A stretch of DNA of 64,000 bases from Desulfobacterales bacterium (GTDB taxonomy: Bacteria > Desulfobacterota > Desulfobacteria > Desulfobacterales > JAUYIZ01), in contig JAUYIZ010000069.1 of the NCBI GenBank assembly GCA_030688615.1, forward strand, positions 1,230 to 65,229, read 5' to 3'. The first letter of the stretch is position 1, and every line of letters begins with the position of its first letter. The notes under the pieces are model-generated. The model worked only from the letters and a program-made list of their open reading frames with translations. It was not told the DNA's origin and ran no database searches. Shown here piece after piece: positions 1-9,836 of the stretch. The translations under genes were made by a program, and so were the position numbers.

Positions 1-1065
1 AACTCCAATATTCTTTTTGCCAGCGTTGCAGCACTAGATGCCTGGAAAGATGCCGGATTTGAAGTTCCTTCTCCAAATTCGGAAACCGTCGATTGGGACT
101 GCGGCGCGCTGATTGGGACCGGAATAGGTGGGATGGATACGATTGGCGGACGCCTTGTCCCTATGACGGATGCCGGTAAGGTGCGCCGGCTAGGAAGCAC
201 GATTGTAGAACAAGTGATGATGAGCGGAATTTCAGCAAAGGTTGGCGGGTTGCTTGGATTGGGCGGCCAGGTCACTTCTAATAGCTGCGCCTGCAGTACC
301 GGGACCGAAGCCATTGCGGAAGCAGCACGGCGTATCGAACAAGGTTTAAGCGTTCGCATGTTGGCTGGAGGTTCTGAGGGTGTTTCGGTTTATGCGTGGG
401 CCGGTTTTGACGCGATGCGCGTCCTTAACAAGAATCACAATCAATTTCCAGAAAAGGCATCGCGACCCATGAGTGCCAGTGCTGGCGGCTTCATTCCTGG
501 ATCTGGCGCCGGAATTTTAATGCTTGAAAATTTAGAAAGCGCGGAAGCGCGCGGTGCCCGGATTTACGCGGAAATTATTGGAAAGGGTGTGAACTGCGGT
601 GGCCAAAGAATGGGAGGGAGTATGACCGCGCCGAATCCTACCGGGGTTGAACGCTGTATCCGGGAAGCTCTTAGGGATGCGGAAATCAGCGGTTCTGAAG
701 TCGATGCGATTAACGGACATTTGACCGCAACCTTTGCAGATCCTTACGAAATTAAGAATTGGCAGAATGCCCTTCAGGTGCCCGCTGAAAAATTTCCGCT
801 TATTCATGCGACGAAATCACTTATTGGACATGCCTTAGGCGCGGCTGGGGGATTGGAAGCGGTTGCCTGCGTCATCGAACTTTTCAAACAATTTATTCAC
901 GGCTCCGTCAATTGCGAGGACGTTCACGAAAATATTCGCGAATTTGAACGAAGTATTGTGCATGAAACACGCTATTTCCCCAGGCTTCGAATTATGGCCA
1001 AGGCGAGTTTCGGTTTTGGGGATGTAAACTCATGTTTGATTTTTAAAAAATGGGAACAAGAATAA
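1..1065 (+). CDS. beta-ketoacyl-ACP synthase, elongating KAS I/II type (FabF/FabB-like); 5' end cut by window edge
   Basis: Frame 1 is open from nt 1 into the listed ORF 133..1065, so the N-terminus lies upstream. A Cys-His-His KAS signature is visible: SNSCACSTGTEA (Cys), INGHLTAT (His), TKSLIGHALGAAG (His). Confidence 0.85.
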   Translation, partial: NSNILFASVAALDAWKDAGFEVPSPNSETVDWDCGALIGTGIGGMDTIGGRLVPMTDAGKVRRLGSTIVEQVMMSGISAKVGGLLGLGGQVTSNSCACSTGTEAIAEAARRIEQGLSVRMLAGGSEGVSVYAWAGFDAMRVLNKNHNQFPEKASRPMSASAGGFIPGSGAGILMLENLESAEARGARIYAEIIGKGVNCGGQRMGGSMTAPNPTGVERCIREALRDAEISGSEVDAINGHLTATFADPYEIKNWQNALQVPAEKFPLIHATKSLIGHALGAAGGLEAVACVIELFKQFIHGSVNCEDVHENIREFERSIVHETRYFPRLRIMAKASFGFGDVNSCLIFKKWEQE

Positions 1066-1084
1066 AATTCAGGAGGAAGAAACC

Positions 1085-1333
1085 ATGAAGCGTGAAGATG
1101 TCATTAAAAAGGTAATTGAAATGTTAACCAAGTATAAGAAGTCTGATTTGGTTGCCGAACAGATTACAGAGAAAACGACTTTGCTAAAAGATCTCAATAT
1201 GAATTCCGCGAGGCTGGTGGATGTCATTCTTGATTTTGAAGATGCTTTTAGTATTCAAATTAAAGATGAGGAAGCGGACTCCGTCAATACTGTTGGGGAT
1301 TGTGTCGAACTAATCTTGCGCAAGGCAGCCTAA
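1085..1333 (+). CDS. acyl carrier protein
   Basis: 82-aa acidic protein. ACP-type serine context LKDLNMNSARLVDVI. AGGAGGAAG Shine-Dalgarno about 8 nt upstream. Sits between the KAS and acyltransferase genes. Confidence 0.8.
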   Translation: MKREDVIKKVIEMLTKYKKSDLVAEQITEKTTLLKDLNMNSARLVDVILDFEDAFSIQIKDEEADSVNTVGDCVELILRKAA

Positions 1334-2097
1334 TGACAGAAGAAGCTATCAATCTTAATTTTTGGGACCGATTCGGGCTTTTTATTCAGGATCTTGCCGG
1401 TAAGATCACTTTTCCTGTCTGGGGCTCCTTTTTCTTTTTCCTTATTCGCGTGGTCGGCAGATACCGGATTGAACGCATCCAAGAAATCCGCAAACAATAT
1501 CAACAATTAATAAAGACCGCCCGAGGCCCGATCATTTTATGCGCCAATCATCTCACCAAAATCGATTCGGCATTAATCACTTGGAGTTTGGGATCGATTT
1601 GGTCCTATTTTCGTTCTTTCAGTCATTTTTCTTGGAATTTGCCCGAGCGCAGCCGGTATTTCAGCAATCGCCTTTTGCGGATTATTTGCTATTTGGGCAA
1701 GTGCATTCCAATTGATAGAGGAGGAGAGCGCGACCTTGTCAACCATTCCCTGGATAAAATACGTTATCTTTTGAAAAAAAGGAATGTAGTCACAATTTTT
1801 CCGGAAGGCAAAAGGAGCCTCGATGGGAAAATCGATGCTAAAGACTATTCTTACGGCGTTGGAAAACTTATCGGGGCTGTTAAAGATTGCAAAGTGGTGT
1901 GCATCTATTTGCGAGGTTATGGCCAAAAAAAATTCAGCAGCATTCCACGGTTAGGGGAAAAGTTCTACGTTGAAATGAAGCAGATTCAGCCCAGTTCCGT
2001 GCATCAAGGAATTCGCGCCGCAAGGGATTTAGCGGAACAGATTATCAACCAGCTTCGATGTATGGAGGAAAATTATTTTGCTTTATGTCGGCAATGA
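1333..2097 (+). CDS. PlsC/LPLAT-family acyltransferase
   Basis: HX4D box (CANHLTKIDS) and FPEGKRS box. The ATG at 1333 overlaps the ACP stop (TAATG). The ORF-track start at 1300 lies inside the ACP gene and was trimmed. Confidence 0.75.
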   Translation: MTEEAINLNFWDRFGLFIQDLAGKITFPVWGSFFFFLIRVVGRYRIERIQEIRKQYQQLIKTARGPIILCANHLTKIDSALITWSLGSIWSYFRSFSHFSWNLPERSRYFSNRLLRIICYLGKCIPIDRGGERDLVNHSLDKIRYLLKKRNVVTIFPEGKRSLDGKIDAKDYSYGVGKLIGAVKDCKVVCIYLRGYGQKKFSSIPRLGEKFYVEMKQIQPSSVHQGIRAARDLAEQIINQLRCMEENYFALCRQ

Positions 2098-2794
2098 TGT
2101 TGTGGATTTGAATGACGAAGAGGTTTTGAACAAACACTGCGATGCAAGATTCATAAGACGCGTGTTTGATCCAAACGAACAGCGCATGATTTCCCGGTCC
2201 GGAAATTCTTGTAGAACTCTTTGGATGATTTGGGCTTCAAAAGAAACCGCATATAAAATCTTGTCAAAAATCGCGTGGCGCGGTCCATTTTCCCCCCGAT
2301 TACTCCAAGTGGGTTCCATCATTTGCCTCAAGAAAGGCTTTTTCCGCACAAAAGTGAAGTGCCAAGAACGACAGGTTGACGTCCATATTGACTGTCAGCA
2401 GGATCGCATCCATGCTGCCGGACGCGCTGGGGTCCGGGGAACTTCTGTTGAAAATAATGAATGCTTCGCGATGGCTGCAGAGCGTCAAATTCCTTCGGGA
2501 GGTATCGAAGACCTAAAAAAATCCTTCACGGACGACGAGTTGAAATCGATCCAGAGCCAGGAATCCGCATGGGTAAGGCATTTTGCGAAGAAAGACCTTA
2601 CCAAACAATTGAAAATTCCCTACGCTGAGCTTTCCATTATCCGGCGGCGAGAAGACTTCAAGTGGGGTCCGCCACAGGTCTATCGGAACAATGCGGTGCT
2701 AGCCATTGATATCAGCCTTTCGCATCACGGAAAATGGATCGCTTGGGCATGGAGCGGTCCCACGATAAAAAAACGCCACGAAGCAGGATGCTAA
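2078..2794 (+). CDS. 4'-phosphopantetheinyl transferase
   Basis: Motifs VGNDVVDL, WASKETAYK and ISLSHHG are typical of PPTases. TTG start lies 9 nt after GGAGG. Overlaps the end of the acyltransferase gene. Confidence 0.75.
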   Translation: MLYVGNDVVDLNDEEVLNKHCDARFIRRVFDPNEQRMISRSGNSCRTLWMIWASKETAYKILSKIAWRGPFSPRLLQVGSIICLKKGFFRTKVKCQERQVDVHIDCQQDRIHAAGRAGVRGTSVENNECFAMAAERQIPSGGIEDLKKSFTDDELKSIQSQESAWVRHFAKKDLTKQLKIPYAELSIIRRREDFKWGPPQVYRNNAVLAIDISLSHHGKWIAWAWSGPTIKKRHEAGC

Positions 2795-3429
2795 TGAAAA
2801 TTCAAACGCGGGGGGAAGAAATTGCGAATAGCATTACTCATGGCATTGCAACACTGCTGAGTATCGCGGGGCTGGTTATTCTTCTTGTTGTATCGGCAGC
2901 CGCGGGGAGTGTTTGGGCGGTTACAAGCCTGAGTATTTTTGGAACTTCGCTCATCATTTTGTACTTGGTGTCCACGCTCTATCACAGTATTACCCATATC
3001 GGCGCGAAACGCGTTCTAAAGATTCTCGATCATAGCAGCATTTATCTTCTCATTGCCGGCAGTTATACTCCCATCGCACTGGTAATTCTGCGCGGACCGT
3101 GGGGCTGGTCCCTCTTTGGAATAATTTGGGGCATGGCACTGCTGGGTGTGTGCTTGCATGTCTTTGCATTAGACCGGTTCAAGATTTTGTCAATTCTCTC
3201 GTACCTGATCATGGGCTGGCTGGTTGTGATCGCGATTAAACCGTTAACTGAGTCTTGCGAGAAGGGACTTATTTTCTGGCTCCTGACCGGGGGGCTTGCC
3301 TACACTTTTGGAACCATTTTTTATTCGTGGAAAAAACTTCCTTACCATCACACGCTGTGGCATCTTTTTGTGATTGGCGGGAGTATTGCCCATTTTTTCG
3401 GAATGCTTTTCTATATCGCACCAGGTTAA
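2788..3429 (+). CDS. hemolysin III / PAQR family membrane protein
   Basis: Multi-TM protein with EEIANSITHGIA, LDHSSIYLLIAGSYTP and HLFVIGGSIAHFF motifs. Candidate ATGs at 2788/2794 abut the upstream stop codon. Confidence 0.8.
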   Translation: MLMKIQTRGEEIANSITHGIATLLSIAGLVILLVVSAAAGSVWAVTSLSIFGTSLIILYLVSTLYHSITHIGAKRVLKILDHSSIYLLIAGSYTPIALVILRGPWGWSLFGIIWGMALLGVCLHVFALDRFKILSILSYLIMGWLVVIAIKPLTESCEKGLIFWLLTGGLAYTFGTIFYSWKKLPYHHTLWHLFVIGGSIAHFFGMLFYIAPG

Positions 3430-3447
3430 ATTTCGAGCTGACTGAAC

Positions 3448-4698
3448 ATGAAACGATCGGCACAATTTGCATCAGTGTCCACCCTTTACCCTCTTTTAAC
3501 CCGACCTGACCGGTTGTTCCTTGACCGGATTTCCCAGGAATACTGTTTTACATTTCAGGAATTAAAACTGCTCGCTGAAGCGGCGCGCGATCTGGAAATG
3601 TGGGAAGAGACGCCGCTGGAAGATTTGTGGGAAGCATTGAAAAAAGACATTCCCGATAAAATGGATGGGTCGCAGCAGAAGAAAAAAATAATTCAGGGTT
3701 TACGGGCTGTGATGCATCGCCTCAGGAGCGGTCTGAGCGACTATTCTGAAATCTCGGAAAAACCGAACCGGTCACGCAGCTTTCCGATGATTATTCGTGA
3801 TGAAGAGTTTAGAAAGCCGTTCGGCGAATGTCCCGCATTCTCGTATGAGACGCTCTGCTGCAAGCTGAAGACCATTGACGCCGTTGAAAACTGCGCTTTC
3901 CATTGCAATTACTGCGCTGTTCAAACGTTTTATGGAGAGCGCATCACTGTCAACCGGGCGCTGAGGGAAAACTTAAAGCATTTAAAAATAAATCCTGATG
4001 CATTTTACCATTTCGGAACGGGGCAGTCTTCGGATTCGCTGGCCTTGGGAAATGCTTCAGGTATTCTCGACGATCTTTGCGAATTTGCGGGGCGTCATCC
4101 TAATGTGATGCTTGAGCTCAAAACCAAATCGAAGAACATTTCTTATTTTTTAAACCGGCCGATCCCGAGGAATATCGTTTGCAGCTGGAGTTTGAATACC
4201 AAAGCGGTTATTTGCCATGAAGAATACGGGACTGCCAGCCTATCGGAGCGGCTTGAAGCAGCAAAGCAGCTCACCGGGCGAGGCGTTAAAGTGGCGTTTC
4301 ATTTTCATCCCTTGATTGCTTATAAGAATTGTGTTCAGGAATATCGGGATGTGGCTGGAAAAATTCTTAGCTTGTTTAACCGTAATGAGGTTGCTTTTAT
4401 TTCATTCGGCGCGTTAAAATTCAGCAAGAGTGTCATACAACATATCCGAAAAACAGGCGGCAGTACAAAAATCCTGCAAATGGAAATGGAAAAAGATTCA
4501 GGGGGGAAACTCACTTATCCATTCGCTAGAAGACATCGTCTATTCGAATCTCTTTATCAAGCATTCGCATCATGGCATTCAAGCGTTTTTATATATTTAT
4601 GCATGGAAGATGCTCCTATGTGGGACAGAGTTTTTGGTTGGCATTACGAAAACAATGATGATTTCGAAGCGGGGTTTAAAAAAATATTATGCCGTTAA
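3448..4698 (+). CDS. radical SAM protein (SplB/COG1533-like) with long N-terminal extension
   Basis: CX3CX2C box CAFHCNYCAVQ. General resemblance to photoproduct-lyase-like radical SAM enzymes. The N-terminal ~120 aa are of unknown function. Confidence 0.6.
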   Translation: MKRSAQFASVSTLYPLLTRPDRLFLDRISQEYCFTFQELKLLAEAARDLEMWEETPLEDLWEALKKDIPDKMDGSQQKKKIIQGLRAVMHRLRSGLSDYSEISEKPNRSRSFPMIIRDEEFRKPFGECPAFSYETLCCKLKTIDAVENCAFHCNYCAVQTFYGERITVNRALRENLKHLKINPDAFYHFGTGQSSDSLALGNASGILDDLCEFAGRHPNVMLELKTKSKNISYFLNRPIPRNIVCSWSLNTKAVICHEEYGTASLSERLEAAKQLTGRGVKVAFHFHPLIAYKNCVQEYRDVAGKILSLFNRNEVAFISFGALKFSKSVIQHIRKTGGSTKILQMEMEKDSGGKLTYPFARRHRLFESLYQAFASWHSSVFIYLCMEDAPMWDRVFGWHYENNDDFEAGFKKILCR

Positions 4699-5771
4699 CT
4701 ATTGAAAACCTTATAGCACAGGCTCGTGAAGGCCGTGGGTTATCCTCAGATGAAGCCGCGTTTTTTATAGATCATGCGAGCTGCGATCAATGGCAGGGAG
4801 CGTTCCGTATTGCGAAGTTGCTCACAGCATCTCGTTTCCAACAAAGACTTCATTTTTTTGCACCGCTTTATTTTTCGAGTTTTTGCGTTAACGATTGTAC
4901 TTATTGCGGGTTTCAGGCAGGTAATCGTCTTTTAAAGAGAAAGGTCTTAACAGAAGACGAATTTCTTCAGGAAGCCCGCTTTTTATGGAATGAGGGCCAT
5001 CGTACGCTTCTTTTGATCGCAGGCGAGCATCCGTTATATTCGGGAGTTGGACAGATCGCTTCTTATGTGGCCGCACTTCGCCGGGCAGGGCTTGATTTCT
5101 CTCTTATAGTCGAGGTCGGCCCGCTTTCACTCGAAGATTACGGAATCCTGCATGAGCTGGGAATCAACCATTGTCTATTATTTCAAGAAACCTATCACCG
5201 AGAGACTTATACACAGGTTCATCGCGGCAGGAAAAGAGACTTTGACTGGCGGCTTCGTGCCATGGAACGGGCGCTGTCGGCAGGCATTGAGAAAGTTGGG
5301 GTGGGTATTTTGTTGGGGCTTGGATCCTGGCAGTTCGATTTAATCAGACTGATCGATTATGCTTACAAAATTAAAGAAGAGTTTGGGTCCTTTCCGGCCA
5401 CGTTTTCATTCCCCCGAATGAGGCCGGCAAATGGTACGGCATTGTTTCAGAATAACGCGGTTTCTGACGGAGACTTTCAAAAAATATTGGCGATAAGCCG
5501 GTTAACCTGTCCTACGGTGGGCCTTGTTCTGACAACGAGAGAATCTCCTGATTTCCGTAGGAAATTACTGGAGAGAGGTTTGGGGATTACGCACATAAGC
5601 GCCGGTTCCAGTACCACGCCGGGAGGATACACATTAAAAAGCAAGTCTGGTGATGATGGGCAGTTTGAGCTTGCGGATCATCGTCCGCTTCTCAAGGTGG
5701 TGAACGAAGTCCTAAAACTCGGCTATCAACCGGTTATGAGTTCCAGCCTTCAAAGGGAATTAAGGGTATGA
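4689..5771 (+). CDS. ThiH/HydG-like radical SAM enzyme
   Basis: Radical-SAM box FCVNDCTYCGF as in ThiH/HydG-type enzymes. 360 aa. Start overlaps the upstream gene by 10 nt. Confidence 0.6.
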   Translation: MPLTIENLIAQAREGRGLSSDEAAFFIDHASCDQWQGAFRIAKLLTASRFQQRLHFFAPLYFSSFCVNDCTYCGFQAGNRLLKRKVLTEDEFLQEARFLWNEGHRTLLLIAGEHPLYSGVGQIASYVAALRRAGLDFSLIVEVGPLSLEDYGILHELGINHCLLFQETYHRETYTQVHRGRKRDFDWRLRAMERALSAGIEKVGVGILLGLGSWQFDLIRLIDYAYKIKEEFGSFPATFSFPRMRPANGTALFQNNAVSDGDFQKILAISRLTCPTVGLVLTTRESPDFRRKLLERGLGITHISAGSSTTPGGYTLKSKSGDDGQFELADHRPLLKVVNEVLKLGYQPVMSSSLQRELRV

Positions 5772-7054
5772 GCAAAAAACCGCTATGGGCTGCAATTTGT
5801 CGGTTTTTGGAAGAGCCTTACCGGATATTTTTTCCTCTAGCGATTCTCTGCGGAATGCTGGGAATCGGTCATTGGCTTGCCTATGCAGCAGGCTGGATCG
5901 ATCGTTATTCAGGCTTCATGCACGCTTCGATTCAGATGCAGACGTATATGATTTGCTTTATCGCAGGATTCCTCATGACGGCGATGCCCCGGATGAGTGC
6001 TAGTGCGCCAGCTTCTTGGGTTGAAACGTGCGGTCTTATGGGTTTGATCTCGGGAATTTTGATATCGCTTAGTCTTTCGAACTGGCGCGTGGCCAATCTG
6101 TTGTTTGTCGCGGCTCTTGTTTGGCTGGTTCTTTTTGTGATTCGCCGGGTGAGGGCATGCCATGGTGAAACTAAAATAAAACCCCCTGTAGAATTTATTT
6201 GGGTTCCCATTGCATTGGTCCATGGAATCCTTGGAAGTGTGCTGCTTATGGCTGGCAACTCGAAAATAGCAGGATCTTGGGCTGTGATATCCGGGAAGTC
6301 GATGGTACAGCAAGGCTTCGTTCTCGCCATTGTTTTAGGGGTTGGCGGTTTTTTAGCGCCCAGACTGATGGGCACTTTTAAAGTCACTAAATCTGCAAGT
6401 AGTCCGTGTTGTGAAATCAAGCAGACACAAGATCGCAAACGGTATCAATTACTTCATCTCCTCTTCGGACTTGTTCTTTTATCATCATTTTTCCTGGAGG
6501 GTTTTGGCTTGGTCAGGATAGCTTACGGGACTCGAGCGTTTTTAATAACCGGCATGATGATTTGGACGCGAAGCTTGGTTTTTAAACCCCTCATGCATGA
6601 ACAGTACGTACGTTTGGTTTGGCTCTCTTTCTGGATGGTCTTTTTAGGTTCTTGGTCCGTATTTTTCTTTCCAGAGTATCACGTAGCGATGCTGCATCTC
6701 GTTTTTCTTGGGGGGTACAGTCTCATGACTTTTTCGGTTGCCACCATGGTTATTTCAAGTCATGCGGGTAGAAAAGAAAAGCTGCAGCGGCCCTCAAAAG
6801 TTTTGACCTTTCTTGCCTTTTCCGTACTCGCAGCTACAATTCTCAGAGTGATAAGCGCCTTCATGCCGGATCGTTATTTTCTGCTTTTGGGTTTGTCCGC
6901 TTTATCCTGGTTGATGGGAGCTTTTATTTGGCTGCTTTCTATCGGCCCTTTAATTTTCGTGTTCCCGGAGTGGGAAGCAATTTCCCGTATTCATAAAGAT
7001 GCAAAAAGAGCTGTTTTAAAAATGAAGGGAGCGGAAGTGGAGCCGTCTCGCTAG
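5768..7054 (+). CDS. NnrS-family polytopic membrane protein
   Basis: 428 aa, about a dozen hydrophobic segments, N-terminal PYRIFFPLA...GHW pattern typical of NnrS. ATGA overlap with the upstream gene. Confidence 0.55.
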   Translation: MSKKPLWAAICRFLEEPYRIFFPLAILCGMLGIGHWLAYAAGWIDRYSGFMHASIQMQTYMICFIAGFLMTAMPRMSASAPASWVETCGLMGLISGILISLSLSNWRVANLLFVAALVWLVLFVIRRVRACHGETKIKPPVEFIWVPIALVHGILGSVLLMAGNSKIAGSWAVISGKSMVQQGFVLAIVLGVGGFLAPRLMGTFKVTKSASSPCCEIKQTQDRKRYQLLHLLFGLVLLSSFFLEGFGLVRIAYGTRAFLITGMMIWTRSLVFKPLMHEQYVRLVWLSFWMVFLGSWSVFFFPEYHVAMLHLVFLGGYSLMTFSVATMVISSHAGRKEKLQRPSKVLTFLAFSVLAATILRVISAFMPDRYFLLLGLSALSWLMGAFIWLLSIGPLIFVFPEWEAISRIHKDAKRAVLKMKGAEVEPSR

Positions 7055-7120
7055 CAAACATACTGGCTTTGTTGATATTTATGCCGATGTGAGCTACCTT
7101 TCATATAGAAAGTAGCCTTT

Positions 7121-7501
7121 ATGGATTCGAAAGATTCTAAGAAGAAAATACTCGTTTACTCATGTTCAGGCTGTTCCTCCGTGGCGCAGCTGGCGAACAC
7201 GATTGCGGTGCGGCTTGATCGTGAAGGTATCGCGGATATGTCTTGTATCGCAGGTGTGGGAGGAGGCGTTAACGGCCTTGTGAAATTGGCTGAATCTGCC
7301 GATGTGATTATCGGGATTGATGGCTGCCAGCTGAGTTGTGTCGAGGCATGTCTTAGACAGCGGGGCTTAAAGCCAACCTACCACTATGATCTTTCCCGTT
7401 TAGGAATTGCGAAGAAATTTCATCAGGATCCTTCCCCTGACGACGTTGAGAACCTCTATCAGACAATCGTGCAGGATTTAAGAACGAAGTGTATTATTTG
7501 A
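7121..7501 (+). CDS. DGC-domain (putative zinc-binding) protein
   Basis: 126 aa with the YSCSGCSS ... GIDGCQLSC cysteine pattern characteristic of the DGC domain family. Confidence 0.55.
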   Translation: MDSKDSKKKILVYSCSGCSSVAQLANTIAVRLDREGIADMSCIAGVGGGVNGLVKLAESADVIIGIDGCQLSCVEACLRQRGLKPTYHYDLSRLGIAKKFHQDPSPDDVENLYQTIVQDLRTKCII

Positions 7502-7546
7502 TCCCGACGAAATTATGGTCTTGTGACGGCCTTATCTGAAATGTGA

Positions 7547-8092
7547 CGTAGATCACAGCGGGGCAAGGTGCTACGTGGCGTGAATATCATGCGCACGAAT
7601 CAGGTTTGGAGCATGGACATCACTTACATCCGTCTCAAGCAAGGCTTCGTGTATTTGGCGGCGGTGATGGACTGGAAAAGCCGGTACGTGCTCGCTTGGA
7701 AAATTTCCAACACGCTGACCAGTGATTTCTGCGTGGAAGCCTTGAAAGAGGCGCTTGAGTACGGGACGCCTGAGATTTTCAACACGGACCAGGGCTCGCA
7801 ATTCACCAGTGAAGATTTCGTAACCGTTTTGAAAGACCGCGGCATTCAGATCAGCATGGACGGCCGTGGCCGTGCGCTGGATAACATTTTTGTGGAAAGA
7901 TTGTGGCGCAGCGTCAAATACGAGAATGTTTATCTGAAAGGCTACGAAACGATTCCGGACGCAGAGGCAGGGCTCAAAGAATACTTCGACTTTTACAATT
8001 TGCAGCGGCACCATCAATCACTGAATTACAAAACCCCGTGGCTGATTTACTCGGGGCTGGAGGTGGCCCAGAATCCCAACCCGGTAGCATAA
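7547..8092 (+). pseudogene. IS3-family transposase OrfB (rve/DDE integrase core), N-terminally truncated relic
   Basis: NQVWSMDITYI ... FNTDQGSQFTS ... ERLWRSVKYE ... YNLQRHHQSLNYKTP is the DDE core of IS3-family OrfB. There is no OrfA and no OrfB N-terminus upstream; an in-frame stop lies at 7544. Confidence 0.85.
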
Positions 8093-8120
8093 AAAATCTA
8101 TCTAAAACCGATACAAAAAA

Positions 8121-8146
8121 CGGTCTAGACAACCGGGGCCACTATA
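8121..8146. repeat. candidate right terminal inverted repeat of the IS3-family relic
   Basis: cggtctagacaaCCGGGGCCActata lies 29-54 nt after the transposase stop. CCGGGGCCACTATA is the exact reverse complement of 36028..36041. It ends in CA if trimmed to ...GGCCA, as in IS3-family termini. Confidence 0.35.
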
Positions 8147-8169
8147 TCCTTTGTGGCAAAAAGGGGAGG

Positions 8170-8694
8170 ATGCCGAAAATGCCACCTATCAGATCAGTCG
8201 CAGAGAAGGTTGGGAAAGGCAGAGCGTTGAAGGATATTTGTGGGAAAGAAAGGGAATGCTTATTAGAGAAAGTTGAATTATTGGATAGTTCATGTCAAAA
8301 GCTTTATTTCGAAGGGAAACTTAATATTGGAAAAAACATAAAGGATGTGTGGAAACTGGCAAATTTCTTTTGCGGAAAAATCAAAGAATATATCAAGATG
8401 GAAGAAAAAGCGATTTTCCCATTAGTTGAGAATCGTTTGCCACAATATGGCTGCATGCTTCTCCACTTTCGTGCGGAGCACAAAACCATTTTGAATGAAT
8501 TTTCCCGGCTCAGGCGTTTGTTGCGGTCGTTGAAGAAAGAGACGCGAAGTGCTAAAAGTCCTCAAACAATAAGACGGGTTCATCAAAGCGGCTTGTATGT
8601 GAGTCATCTGCTGCGGTACCATTTAAAATCCGAGGGAGATTATCTGAGCAAGGCGATCCATGATGAGCTTGCTCCTGAAAACGGGAAAAAATAA
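8170..8694 (+). CDS. hemerythrin-like (HHE cation-binding) domain protein
   Basis: EEKAIFPLVE ... LLHFRAEHKTILNEF pattern. ATG at 8170 lies directly behind AAGGGGAGG. The ORF-track extension back to 7903 overlaps the IS relic and was trimmed. Confidence 0.55.
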   Translation: MPKMPPIRSVAEKVGKGRALKDICGKERECLLEKVELLDSSCQKLYFEGKLNIGKNIKDVWKLANFFCGKIKEYIKMEEKAIFPLVENRLPQYGCMLLHFRAEHKTILNEFSRLRRLLRSLKKETRSAKSPQTIRRVHQSGLYVSHLLRYHLKSEGDYLSKAIHDELAPENGKK

Positions 8695-8827
8695 CAGCGC
8701 GGTTAAGAGCACTGTGAGGACGGTTACGAGGAAAAAGTAGCAGAATCAGAGAGAAAAGAAGATAATGGCACATTCGATCGATGTTTAGAATCGACGGAAT
8801 ATCAGCTTCTTCTTAAGGGAGAGAGAG

Positions 8828-9040
8828 ATGGAAAACAGCATTTTAAGTTTGCCAATTCTGATGATTTCCATGCCCGGTCCGCTGGAACTTGTCCTTATTC
8901 TTTTGGTGGTGCTTCTCCTTTTTGGGGCCAAGCGCCTTCCGGAAATCGCCCGAGGCATGGGCGAAGCCATCCGCGAGTTCAAGAAATCCATTTCCGGTAA
9001 CAAGGATCATAAAAGGGATTCCGATTTCGATGAATCCTAA
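8828..9040 (+). CDS. tatA: Sec-independent (Tat) translocase subunit TatA/E
   Basis: [39 protein letters not shown] is the canonical TatA TM plus amphipathic helix. ATG 8828 has a GGGAGAGAGAG SD. Internal ATGs at 8861/8870 are alternative starts. Confidence 0.85.
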   Translation: MENSILSLPILMISMPGPLELVLILLVVLLLFGAKRLPEIARGMGEAIREFKKSISGNKDHKRDSDFDES

Positions 9041-9074
9041 AACACTAAAAGTAGAAAGCGCAAAAGGCGTTTGA

Positions 9075-9791
9075 ATGTCTCTCTGCGGTAAAAGTTTTCA
9101 AAGCTGCCGGTTGTGCCAGTCGTTTGAAAGCGGTATATTTTCCGACCTTCCCGAAAAAGACCTCAAGCTGTTGGAACAGTGCAAAACCGCCAATCACTAT
9201 AAAAGGAAGCAGGTTATTTTTTATGAAGGCAATCCCGTTGTCGGACTCTATTGTATCCAGTCAGGGAAGGTGAAGCTTTATAAAACAAGCGGCGGAGGGA
9301 AACAGCAGATTTTGAAAATTGCGCAGGAGGGCGATATTCTTGGCCATTCGGCTTTATTTACCGAGACGCCTCATATGGCGACAGCAGAAGTGATGGAGGA
9401 AGCCAATATCTGCTTCTTGGACAAGACAAGGTTTATTTTAGTCCTTCAGACTAATCCGTCTGTCTCCTTAAAACTCCTCGGTCAGTTGAGCCGCGAGTTA
9501 AACCGGGCAGAGGAACAAGTGTTGGATCTTGCCTACAAATCCGTGCGTGTCCGGCTTGTGGAGTTTTTGCTTACCCTCAAACAAAATTTCGGTGTTTACG
9601 AACAGGGCGTCTATAGGCTGCAAATCTCTTTGTCGCGGGAGGAATTAGCGCAGGCCATCGGCACGACGGTGGAGACCGTCGTACGTCTGTTGACCGAATT
9701 TCGAACCGAAGGGTTGATTGAAGTCGAGAAGAAAAGTATTGCCATTCGAGAACCCGAAAAACTCCTCGAATTTATCGAAGCTCCCTATTAA
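9075..9791 (+). CDS. Crp/Fnr-family transcriptional regulator (FNR-like N-terminal cysteines)
   Basis: cNMP-binding beta-barrel (VIFYEGNPVVGLYCIQSGKVKLYK) plus C-terminal HTH (REELAQAIGTTVETVVRLL). N-terminal C4/C11/C14 cysteines resemble an FNR-type cluster site. Confidence 0.85.
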   Translation: MSLCGKSFQSCRLCQSFESGIFSDLPEKDLKLLEQCKTANHYKRKQVIFYEGNPVVGLYCIQSGKVKLYKTSGGGKQQILKIAQEGDILGHSALFTETPHMATAEVMEEANICFLDKTRFILVLQTNPSVSLKLLGQLSRELNRAEEQVLDLAYKSVRVRLVEFLLTLKQNFGVYEQGVYRLQISLSREELAQAIGTTVETVVRLLTEFRTEGLIEVEKKSIAIREPEKLLEFIEAPY

Positions 9792-9836
9792 TCTTCCCCT
9801 CCGCAGAGGTTAGAAAAGGGCAGTGGTGCCACCGCT

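Noticed and set aside
7903-8169. N-terminal 89 codons of ORF 7903..8694
   Set aside because: This part overlaps the 3' end of the IS3 relic in another frame. The hemerythrin-like similarity and a strong SD begin at 8170.
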